Below the pieces are notes generated by a model. The model saw nothing but the letters and a program-made list of their open reading frames with translations. It did not search any database and was not told where the DNA came from. A DNA stretch of 32,000 bases. Origin: Candidatus Omnitrophota bacterium. Lineage in GTDB: Bacteria > Omnitrophota > Gorgyraeia > Zapsychrales > JANLHA01. Position 1 is the first letter of the stretch. Each line of letters opens with the position of its first letter. This document shows positions 27,201 through 31,990 of the stretch, piece after piece. The stretch lies in assembly GCA_963662715.1 (NCBI GenBank), contig OY759724.1, positions 1,050,001-1,082,000 on the forward strand, written 5' to 3'. The position numbers were made by a program, and so were the translations under genes.

Positions 27201-30200
27201 ATGGCTTTGATCCAGAGGATTTTCTTTTCGGACACTTCCGTAAAAGACAGCCGTCCGAAGTCCCTCAACAAGGATCCCCAAAGAGCCCTGATTTCATTTC
27301 CTTCGGTCAAAACGCCGCTTTCAGGCTCATATTCCTCTGCCAGGGATTTCAAAGCCAAAAGATCTTCTAGACGATCGAACAATTCTTCTATTTTTTCTTC
27401 CCGCGCATCCAGCTCCTTTACGGCTTGTTTAAATAAAGCGGCTTTCTCAATCAGCAGCAAAAAGAAGCGGTCCCGGACACCGGAGACAGAATATTCATTC
27501 TTGGGTTTCCTCTTGAAAGAATTCCTGCGTTTCTCTCGAACCATCCGCAGAACGCTTTTATTTATAACGAATGACGCCGAGATAGTTCCGTCATAATTAT
27601 CCAAATATCCGATTAATCTTTTAGACGTATCATCTTTGTTCACATACGCGTAAACATTGATAACAACTTTTGCCCCCTGTTTAACAAATTCTATGTCCGG
27701 GTGCTGTCCGCTTAAAAGCATGCTGAGGATACGGTCGCCGACAGAAATATTCCGGGCGTAAAAGAAATTCAAAACGCCCCTGTGGATGCGCTGCTGCAGC
27801 GTAAACCGGTGAGGCTCCTGCCTCCCCGGAACTGCGGCAAAATAGTCTCCCTGCATATACCTTAATGCATCCAGTTCGAGCTTTGAACGGATCTTGTATT
27901 TTCCTAGATCAACACCACGGAAATTCCTGACTTCCCCTGTCACGGGATCTTCATAATAATGATTTGTCACGACAAGCCTTCCCTCATGCTGCACACAGCA
28001 TTCCACCATCTTTATTTCGCGGACAGGATCAACAATTATATTGAAAAAGGCCCTCTTCCCGACATGTTCCCCTTTCGCACATACCGTGACAAAAGTCCTT
28101 TCACTGAGATGAGAAATGACAACCCGTCCATTCACGGAAATCCTGTCCTTTGTGGCAACGGCTGTGCGCTCTGTAAACGGATACGGCCGATGATTTAAGA
28201 ATTTCATAATATCCATCTCCCCTACCGAGGAAAGCCCGAAACTCGTGTTGCTATCGGCCAAGAAATAATGCCCTTCGCCCGTTACGGCATCCAGATAATA
28301 CAGCGCTTCGACCTTATAGTTCCCGCCGGCATCTTTTACCGAAATCTCTATCATCTCTCCCTGACTTACCGTATCGACAAGCTCAAACCGGACTGTCTGA
28401 TATCCGGCATTCCTGTCCTCCTGGCAGATATGAATATACCGCCGGTAGGCCGGCACCCACAGCCCTCCTTTATAAATTTTGTATCTCTCCTCAACCGGCC
28501 CTTCGTTTCTGATCCTGTAGGCGTAATAATGATAAAAATTACTAAAACTAAAACTGTTTAATTCTGCCAGAAGTCTGTCCGCGGGATACGGGGATATGAC
28601 ACCCGCTTGGGGAGCTGCGCTGTTTTTCATAAAACCAACTTCATGCCGCAGCCATTGACGGTAAATTTCCGGACTTTCTTCTTTTAACCGGTTTAAAAAG
28701 AGTTGGCTTTCAGTCGAAAGCAGGGCGCGGTACAGGAACCTCCGGCTCGTTGGGACCTTCCCGTTGCGTTTTAAGACACGGGCATATGAGACTAAACGCA
28801 CAGGTTCTTCCGACGATAAGACCTTTCTCAAAAGGGACGCTTCACAGGACGTTTCGCCCTTGTTCAAAGTCACAAAAACCGGCTCCACTTCGCTGACGCC
28901 CTGTTCAGCCATTTCCGCAAGAACGTCGTTCTTCAAGGCATCATCCGCAATGTCTTGGCCTTCGTTCTGGCTTTTCAAAGCCAATTTGTTTAACCTGTCG
29001 TTCTGTTTCTGACTGAGTGTTAACCTTTGCCATTGCCCGTCCTCCATTTTAAAAATCAACGAACTGTCCGCTGCGGGCTGGCTCACATCGTTTGTAACCG
29101 GAGAGCTCATCTTCTTTCCTGATATCCCGCTTTGACAGACCGGCCTGTCCTTGAGCTCTAGTCGTGATTTGCTGATATGCCGAGATATTTCCCCGATGGC
29201 TTGCGGGTATTGGTTCTCCCGGTCTTCCCGTCCGGCTTTCTTAAGGTAGGATTCAGCCATGTTTAAAGCCAAAGTGCTTTTGGAGCTGTGGCTGTAACAA
29301 TTAGCCAATTCAATCAGCAGTCCGAGACGAACTTTCTGGTCTTCACATAATTCCAAAGCCTTTTCATAACAGACAATCATTAAGGGCAGACCGGCAGCCT
29401 GTCTGTAAAATTCTCCCAGCAATTTATACAGATCTACGGCTGCTGCATGTCCGATATCCAAAGCCTGCCCGACCATGCTTAAAGCGTCTCCCTCAACGGC
29501 GGCAGAGTCTTTCCCTTGCCGCAGTAATTGATAATAAGCAAAAGCGCCCATAGCGCATAAATCCGCAATTTGGGCAGGATGCTTAGCGTCCGTCTTCTTA
29601 ATAGCTTCTTTTAACAGGCCGAGCCCGGTAGACCAGTTTTTTACCGCAAATTTTTCTTTGGCCAGTTCAACAAAAGCTTCACTTGAACTGTTGATTAAAT
29701 CCAGTTTTTTCTGCATGGACGGCAAACTTTCCGTGAGTCCTAGCGCTGCAAAGATTTCAATATATAAATGGTAAATTTCTGCGGTATATATCTTCCACTC
29801 AACCCAGGGAGCGATAAGGTCGGCCGCATTAAAAAGGGCGTCCACCGCATGAGGCCGCTGCCTTGATTTCATAAGCATTTCATAGCGTGCCATCAGAATA
29901 CGGGTATGGACGGTGCTCATCTCAAACAGGATATATCTAAAATGATCCTGAGCCCAGGCAACATCATCGGTGTGCATACGATCCTGAATCTGAGCAATAA
30001 ACTGTAAGGATTTTTCAAGATAGGCCTCGATTAAGAAATCCTCCTTATCGGCATCGCTCCTGTGCCGGGAGAGATGGAGCTGTTCCCGGGCCAGCATTTC
30101 ATAAATCTTAGCCGCACTTAAAAGCACGTCCATTCTCTGCGGATAAAGCGCCACAGCCCGGTCAATATATATCTGACTCCGGGTCCACAATTTCTCCCGT

Positions 30201-31990
30201 GTATCAGGATCAGTTTCCTGACCTGCCAGGTTTGAGTATAAAAGGGCCAAAGCGCAATGCGCGAGCCCCAGGAGAGGATCTTTATCAACCGCGCGAAGTA
30301 AATAAGATTCTCTTTGTTTCACGCTGTCGCAACTGGCAGCCCTGTTGAAGTCAAGAAGCGCCGGGAAAGATACTCCGGCCCATCGGGACCAGGGAAGGCG
30401 TTCCAACTGTTCGGAAGACATAAAGATAATCTTTTGGCTCCGCTGATCCTCACCGATAACGGCAATCATAAGACTGTCATAGGATTTCTTAAAGTCACGG
30501 TTCATAAGATCGAGGGTCAAAATACGATCTTCGTCCAGCCCGACAATAACGATAACATGCCATGTTTCATGATATCTATGCTCCATCGCGTTCACCGGCA
30601 CAACCCTGGCTTCAAATCCGCTTTCCCGGGCTATTTCGTGATAAATAACAGAAAAGACCAGACAGTTGGCCATATTTAGTTTCATAAAGACTTCGATATC
30701 TCCCTTGGCATTTCTGGTCGAAGGAACCGGGAAAACATTAAACTGCAAAATGTCAAACCAGAATCGGGCGATATCATTGAGGAACAAGGTTGCTTTTTCA
30801 TCGTCCTCCATTTCTTGGACACGGGTTCTGATTCTTCGGGAAATATCATTTAAAGTTAAATTTTTAAACTGCCCGGAAAGAATCTCAGGGGAGTCCGAAG
30901 ACATGAGTTCAGGAATAACGGCCCGGATATTGTCCGGCACAACGTCGGCAAATGTCCGGTAACGAAGAAGCCATAACGGCAGACGCTGATGAACGGCCTC
31001 AAGCAATTCTGTCCTGTGATATTCGTCCAGCACCGGAGAAGATCCAGGAATAAAACCAGCCGCTGCCACCGGTGCTGCCATAAGGATGCTTTTTTCAATT
31101 TCCACGGCGGCAATTTTATCCGTCAGAACGTTAAAGGCATTCAAAGGAACAACACTTTCGTTCCTGGTGGATAACCGCACATCTTTCAGTTGTTTGTGCC
31201 AGAATCCCCCGGAGTTGGCCGTCATGTTGCTTATAATGCACGTTCTGCAATCAGCGTCGGCCAGCATCCGGACAAACGTTCTCAGCAGATTTGTCCCGTA
31301 ACGGGAACCCCGCCCGTGTGCATCCCGGGCGATAACAATGTAAAATAACTTGCCCTGCTTATCGCCTGTGTGGACATAATAGGTCAGCTGCCCGACAACT
31401 TTCCCGCCCCGGGCCATGATAAGGATATCCTGCACAAAGTCATCAGCCAAAAGCCCGATACCATAATCCAGCGGCGGCTCAACATCTCCTTCGTGCAATC
31501 GGTATTCTCTGGGGAAGGAACTTTTGCCGTTATTTCCTAATGCTTGATATAGAGATAAAACATGGATATCGTCATCTCTTCTTGTTGATAAAATAAACTT
31601 CCCGTATAATCTGGCGGCGTCACTTAAAAGCCTGATGTTCGCAAATTCGGAAAACCGGTATTCCTCATCCAGCGACAATACCTTGCTGATGAATTGAGAA
31701 TCACTAAAACAGCTATTTCTGTCGACCTGAACGACGGCATCGAATGCCCGCCCTTTCACCCCTGTCCCTTCCTCTGAAGCAAGAATTCGCATTAATACCT
31801 CACCGACACCCTGACCGAATGAAGAGGCCGTCTGAGCCAAGGATTCCAGTGTCTGAAGCTTTTCAGAAAAATATAATTCTTCCCACCTCGTTTTGATCTG
31901 ATAGACAATCGGCTCCTCCTTCCCCTTCGCAGCGTCTTTTGTCACCGGGGAAGAATGATATTCTGCTGACATTCCAGCCATTGAGGACAT
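18143..31990 (-). CDS. Giant multi-domain protein (>=4,615 aa), unknown function; concatenated enzyme-like modules; 5' end possibly beyond the window
   Basis: A single frame is open for 13,848 nt, from ATG at 31990-31988 to TGA at 18145-18143. There is no in-frame stop between the ATG and the window edge. Domain-like motifs are listed as the sub-features below. Confidence 0.9.
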   Translation of the reverse strand: MSSMAGMSAEYHSSPVTKDAAKGKEEPIVYQIKTRWEELYFSEKLQTLESLAQTASSFGQGVGEVLMRILASEEGTGVKGRAFDAVVQVDRNSCFSDSQFISKVLSLDEEYRFSEFANIRLLSDAARLYGKFILSTRRDDDIHVLSLYQALGNNGKSSFPREYRLHEGDVEPPLDYGIGLLADDFVQDILIMARGGKVVGQLTYYVHTGDKQGKLFYIVIARDAHGRGSRYGTNLLRTFVRMLADADCRTCIISNMTANSGGFWHKQLKDVRLSTRNESVVPLNAFNVLTDKIAAVEIEKSILMAAPVAAAGFIPGSSPVLDEYHRTELLEAVHQRLPLWLLRYRTFADVVPDNIRAVIPELMSSDSPEILSGQFKNLTLNDISRRIRTRVQEMEDDEKATLFLNDIARFWFDILQFNVFPVPSTRNAKGDIEVFMKLNMANCLVFSVIYHEIARESGFEARVVPVNAMEHRYHETWHVIVIVGLDEDRILTLDLMNRDFKKSYDSLMIAVIGEDQRSQKIIFMSSEQLERLPWSRWAGVSFPALLDFNRAASCDSVKQRESYLLRAVDKDPLLGLAHCALALLYSNLAGQETDPDTREKLWTRSQIYIDRAVALYPQRMDVLLSAAKIYEMLAREQLHLSRHRSDADKEDFLIEAYLEKSLQFIAQIQDRMHTDDVAWAQDHFRYILFEMSTVHTRILMARYEMLMKSRQRPHAVDALFNAADLIAPWVEWKIYTAEIYHLYIEIFAALGLTESLPSMQKKLDLINSSSEAFVELAKEKFAVKNWSTGLGLLKEAIKKTDAKHPAQIADLCAMGAFAYYQLLRQGKDSAAVEGDALSMVGQALDIGHAAAVDLYKLLGEFYRQAAGLPLMIVCYEKALELCEDQKVRLGLLIELANCYSHSSKSTLALNMAESYLKKAGREDRENQYPQAIGEISRHISKSRLELKDRPVCQSGISGKKMSSPVTNDVSQPAADSSLIFKMEDGQWQRLTLSQKQNDRLNKLALKSQNEGQDIADDALKNDVLAEMAEQGVSEVEPVFVTLNKGETSCEASLLRKVLSSEEPVRLVSYARVLKRNGKVPTSRRFLYRALLSTESQLFLNRLKEESPEIYRQWLRHEVGFMKNSAAPQAGVISPYPADRLLAELNSFSFSNFYHYYAYRIRNEGPVEERYKIYKGGLWVPAYRRYIHICQEDRNAGYQTVRFELVDTVSQGEMIEISVKDAGGNYKVEALYYLDAVTGEGHYFLADSNTSFGLSSVGEMDIMKFLNHRPYPFTERTAVATKDRISVNGRVVISHLSERTFVTVCAKGEHVGKRAFFNIIVDPVREIKMVECCVQHEGRLVVTNHYYEDPVTGEVRNFRGVDLGKYKIRSKLELDALRYMQGDYFAAVPGRQEPHRFTLQQRIHRGVLNFFYARNISVGDRILSMLLSGQHPDIEFVKQGAKVVINVYAYVNKDDTSKRLIGYLDNYDGTISASFVINKSVLRMVREKRRNSFKRKPKNEYSVSGVRDRFFLLLIEKAALFKQAVKELDAREEKIEELFDRLEDLLALKSLAEEYEPESGVLTEGNEIRALWGSLLRDFGRLSFTEVSEKKILWIKAMKELTAKGYIFVPDDQGGWLSRLQGFPSKFMRQTLVAACRDLGIHVAKKGKIRNAGMKQADLYQHYLDILRTYLQKKLLYMRMIRHWQGDRSRLREHFGEDFLARTIPTYYLTGYLKSFGHHSETSLEDAGSDCSSSSMMMRYLFLERRQLERLAGDNPMARKYLSGQARERIEKLVVNIQKDSRLAEAYRSMIHDMETGNTELVDLRLTGQVRKIQKIMARHLPSFISLSGYCVFINATLAQALNMLGHHIPRIYCIETLKPYARYYAGKHFFIMLEDEQDARKDVFLDFRLEQFEEEMEGVDELLSLSVETPSSSPLIKKTAIEKDPGLMGDRQHIKMPKAAEKTQGIVNIVIVNKEYREATFGFPDVADEEKATRLIFIDVPALLSKIAGLFHQLLQYLIYLINKALSFFLYFEAAVHTAAVQIRQAGCKQSRDSGSSLRLISLEVVDQNRRNTMQTRTTPVGATVAMTSSPLINKHDPVWAEYIREQEESKLISSSPVGATVATASSPIINEHDPVWAEYIREQEESKLISSSPVGATVATASSPIINEKDDVWAEYLDKLPERRLPAPPVKVLLPDLFMPKAAPSSPILINPVMPFGLSKEGSPFIPAPASWPGTPYQAQASITVLREISGQQGKGQDKRKHRSTDNVLSENMILYQRFIRGFKEAMIKAVDSNHNFTRTGLSPPGYKTAQESMNGYSYGERAAIYAFMPAREARAVSVQGNVSSPMRVLVRAIAGAVWGGVVRVAEVIRGEKDRMFTVTHPDTQENTVLTATVCRGDVLKVLGNWFYTADRDVLLQDQFSWEPVIRRYHGFRKKAVLFYIGEPARPKAVLWAFRTRELGQDGFHIDTLEVDPRYRGQGLGPLLLKAFVERYGPRFHLEIMAVFITGTQAGYDNYIRLIRNLGFDPTGTFNIYARNAGRRTNTPKTVQRKQEAEDGADYQETVAVSDNFVRSESFSRLPPLFRKWLWLPTLVGVEEAVHLITAYGFKRGLSEIKRQARGVFSGKVSISQASPSRQAFSMVSGVAVSLAVGSFSLILSFFSGHAALSGFLVITGLLTISRSAADILFILFRPDHELRRSFDSLYKVMSFRTIRPWKTCKTSHEREQLRRKLQTHPLDSRFWQFLNRFIFLFMLPAAAILFLVCPDAHVPFGLARPDDFTGFGIRIMSGIFTGVLSGLGILWINRWADWNRSITSSEPTTHGPYKWVRHPEYALQLVLFTSVLAFIPSPLTLLFIVMFILQNILRIRLEEYSLWLKYGEAYLSYMRQVPAFIPFIKPAWIVFKDATMSWISSPGKSPQHAPRIRPAVLPGRAVKGVRGKSAAGTPVPGTEPLLLNLEDFEVAMEGAYRAALKMVQHIYQQKVSLIILSGSSASMTFAFIHVAWENTYGDAPMPGTLWLSPETNNILYKNLIKTFDLHPENITARQRKRVLKSVSQHVHANKKLLIDMILTDIQQQTGLERIQAQDVFSALKAMPVLFMDDVAFSGMKYLSLQRVFSALGIHAMDFAFLVSGDLFRTHLDNQVAVAAIDEQLATAVLFIANMLSNYRDLDEPHEVVEKARFFNPMIERIAGKTSVPEDLRLDSDIIQDRGRRAESSPIQNVDEEAQPRKLLIDGTAGQSWPDILKDDLETFRMKINRITPAEAACGGRAPLPVDMEDFQFLGFLTRAQITILYEHRKTHERYVAKYIDADHLVPNIIGERLFRLMGIPTTEAHLVSRAFSQIILMPFIDLPTLTWEEVTEGLTPGMLRILQGVEFVDRVIDNWDRTPDHIFKGEGANPFIFFDMGGAFMGEERSELIGPYRNKIFSPKWRNGYYQLLNAQPQDMVWMARRFVLVKSSQLKAIVDYAVDAVQGNAYNKGHLVQELLKAQKDARRLIAANGHLPFSVSSPVARPDASVVVLMGLPCSGKTTVGQKMADHFGLPFLSFGERIRLEVQKRQADSGMRKRAKISDAVIYSDLLAEWLKEHDVSRGLVLDTSPKTAESYQLFKNVLQEQKLRVALIVHLGVAKQTAKQRWIQRKRYNNPRLSLFYRRVREHGQVILPVIQTERSRRNVLFIDANDKADFEIVREILLKMKRLTLVPEPFMLRDPGRLKAVKDNKTHGKISSPLQFQKPVYKPALSVLQACQLERLSLNDNTVLLGTRDWLYYSYKSQQLPDELYQVPSFAVYEETCLPPVQRFYNKPEESLPEELLALKFLDHVLVRYGPASYSEPVGRIFTGAVRIKAPAVPSPMQRGPSLYTFPEAGKGEWLPIVKIQETATGSLGPGEFSLWSWYHEIPEQIFEVLLFGLDMEIKERPFDISVSTVWGEVIILGDPYVPDPLPEIFWGTQLKNREQVIRERMYKLLHEWISQRHKTEARSPNRGRRNSFVSLTPLKKNSRRISVLPQSLFLRPFQEKAHRQPLAFQLQQRPSGYRSAVLPAFSAAAGQEKDTRIRGGFYFKTPAIFFPSGMTMNPWPDDRYGKRLSRLRSWTKEEESFGALGSGALRRFFTEPRWGFERSFKEAMFMAGRQVRRITEHLPFLWRESRLVKSLQETWLFWQGWERQQFLKEHLEHYFPVFLFRFCCHKGHIFHKAVIIFWMFYPRKNGLPTIFMEINPATTNVVAVNKKYQEISLVFPDIVDEEEDEQVVWIDLPLLLSKARAFFHQLLQYLIYLLNKFFRLFIYLEAAVDTAFVRIKHARPDSSEYPSPSSLRLISLDQVSKGTPEIKSARKFRAGAALMIGAYPIRDKADGAQGSTVVLSAPSPEGRQVTKHPRKVRAGAALAIGSYPVSRRTEKASSVGAAIVVESLPVKSQKKNREILPPVNVLIPELLMPTLMPSSPVLMNPFAPFGLSKEVPPAIPVSSGLNWFLLTRTTELFFAKFGNIIPPPRFSGIFQQEVIRVVYDKHNYASTGLSPPADKDEFFKDVEAFALLALNNIFKEVLFFSRRQVLWMMERLHFQWREGRYAKSLQETWLFWQGWKRQQFLKDHLENYFPVFLFKLCCSKEQVIQRAAIIFRVFYVRKNCLSKKSSLSSMTVGRP
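18187..18452 (-). repeat. Dispersed intragenic module B, copy 2 (C-terminal end of the giant ORF)
   Basis: FKEVLFFSRRQVLWMMERLHFQWREGRYAKSLQETWLFWQGWKRQQFLKDHLENYFPVFLFKLCCSKEQVIQRAAIIFRVFYVRKNCL. About 85% nucleotide identity to copy 1 over the central ~90 nt, judged by eye. Confidence 0.8.
18496..19429 (-). repeat. Dispersed intragenic module A, copy 2
   Basis: VNKKYQEISLVFPDIVDEEE..IDLPLLLSKARAFFHQLLQYLIYLLNK..YLEAAVDTA..SSLRLISLD, then the tandem repeats, then IPELLMPTLMPSSPVLMNPFAPFGLSKE, then KHNYASTGLSPP. Collinear with copy 1, which lies about 6.7 kb away. Confidence 0.8.
18815..19078 (-). repeat. Degenerate in-frame 132-bp (44-aa) two-copy tandem repeat inside the giant ORF
   Basis: ARKFRAGAALMIGAYPI... 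and PRKVRAGAALAIGSYPV... The ggataag anchors at 19032 and 18900 are exactly 132 nt apart. Confidence 0.55.
19440..19705 (-). repeat. Dispersed intragenic module B, copy 1 (Trp/Cys-rich WLFWQGW module)
   Basis: FKEAMFMAGRQVRRITEHLPFLWRESRLVKSLQETWLFWQGWERQQFLKEHLEHYFPVFLFRFCCHKGHIFHKAVIIFWMFYPRKNGL. Confidence 0.8.
20990..21515 (-). other. Giant ORF domain: adenylate-kinase-like P-loop NMP kinase
   Basis: VVVLMGLPCSGKTTVGQKMADHFGLPFLSFGERIR (P-loop at 21471-21497) and GLVLDTSPKTAESYQLF. These parallel the AK motifs GxPGxGKgT / hlStGdllR / GfilDGfPRt. Confidence 0.6.
21560..22255 (-). other. Giant ORF domain: atypical kinase-like fold (PI3/4-kinase- or HipA-like)
   Basis: ERYVAKYID (Lys), IIGERLF (Glu), catalytic-loop-like VIDNWDRTPDHIF, and DFG-like FIFFDMGGAF (21834-21931). 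Confidence 0.45.
22640..23215 (-). other. Giant ORF domain: phosphoribosyltransferase (type I PRTase)-like
   Basis: VSLIILSGSSASMTF plus a PRPP-loop-like VLFMDDVAFSGMKYL: four hydrophobic residues, two acidic residues, then a small-residue loop. Motif-level call only. Confidence 0.35.
23350..24150 (-). other. Giant ORF domain: multi-pass membrane ICMT/PEMT-like methyltransferase
   Basis: About 5-6 hydrophobic helices (VSGVAVSLAVGSFSLILSFF, LSGFLVITGLLTI, FIFLFMLPAAAILFLV, IMSGIFTGVLSGLGILWI, LQLVLFTSVLAFIPSPLTLLFIVMFIL). The family signature is HGPYKWVRHPEYALQL...RIRLEEYSLWLKYGEAYLSYMRQVPAFIPF. Confidence 0.65.
24440..24925 (-). other. Giant ORF domain: GNAT acetyltransferase 2
   Basis: FHIDTLEVDPRYRGQGLGPLLLKAFVERYG (textbook GNAT motif A) followed by YIRLIRNLGFDPTG (motif B-like). 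Confidence 0.7.
25126..26185 (-). repeat. Dispersed intragenic module A, copy 1 (FHQLLQYLIYL module)
   Basis: VNKEYREATFGFPDVADEE..IDVPALLSKIAGLFHQLLQYLIYLINK..YFEAAVHTA..SSLRLISLE, then the tandem repeats, then LPDLFMPKAAPSSPILINPVMPFGLSKE, then NHNFTRTGLSPP. Confidence 0.8.
25518..25816 (-). repeat. In-frame 111-bp (37-aa) tandem repeat, ~2.7 copies, inside the giant ORF
   Basis: Units 25551-25661 and 25662-25772 differ at only about 5 of 111 nt. The encoded unit is PVGATVATASSPIINEHDPVWAEYIREQEESKLISSS. The flanking copies are more diverged. Confidence 0.9.
26320..26520 (-). other. Giant ORF domain: transglutaminase/papain-like Cys-His-Asp core 2
   Basis: LSGYC(1830)VFINATLAQALNMLGHHIPRIYCIE...GKHFFIMLEDEQDARKDVFLDF. 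Cys codon at 26501-26503, His at 26387-26389, Asp at 26333-26335. Same spacing logic as core 1. Confidence 0.45.
27565..28420 (-). other. Giant ORF region: three related beta-rich modules
   Basis: Each module ends in a similar hairpin: KVEALYYLDAVTGEGHYF / LVVTNHYYEDPVTGEVRNF / RLIGYLDNYDGTISASF. The similarity was seen by eye only. Confidence 0.35.
29200..30310 (-). other. Giant ORF region: TPR-like / all-helical repeats (~370 aa)
   Basis: Repeated A/L/Y-rich helix pairs, for example LLRAVDKDPLLGLAHCALALLYSNL, YIDRAVALYPQRMDVLLSAAKIYEML, YEKALELCEDQKVRLGLLIELANCY. Confidence 0.5.
30500..30700 (-). other. Giant ORF domain: transglutaminase/papain-like Cys-His-Asp core 1
   Basis: NMANC(443)LVFSVIYHEIARESGFEARVVPV...HETWHVIVIVGLDEDRILTLDL. 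Cys codon at 30662-30664, His at 30556-30558, Asp at 30509-30511. TPR-like repeats follow it, a SirB1/YchA-like arrangement. Confidence 0.5.
31170..31560 (-). other. Giant ORF domain: GNAT-like acetyltransferase 1
   Basis: VVGQLTYYVHTGDKQGKLFYIVIARDAHGRGSRYGTNLLRTFVRMLAD is a beta-strand followed by an R/Q-x-x-G-x-G/A-like acetyl-CoA loop. Motif-level call only. Confidence 0.45.

Noticed and set aside
18143-31990. Giant ORF as an NRPS/PKS, RTX toxin, Ig/cadherin adhesin, Rhs/YD toxin or mobile-element cargo
   Set aside because: I found no condensation (HHxxxDG), adenylation, carrier or KS motifs. There are no GGxGxD nonapeptides, no Ig-like tandem arrays and no YD repeats. No flanking integrase, transposase, tRNA or inverted repeats are visible, and the left neighbour is core mutS-mutL. 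These negatives are by eye only.
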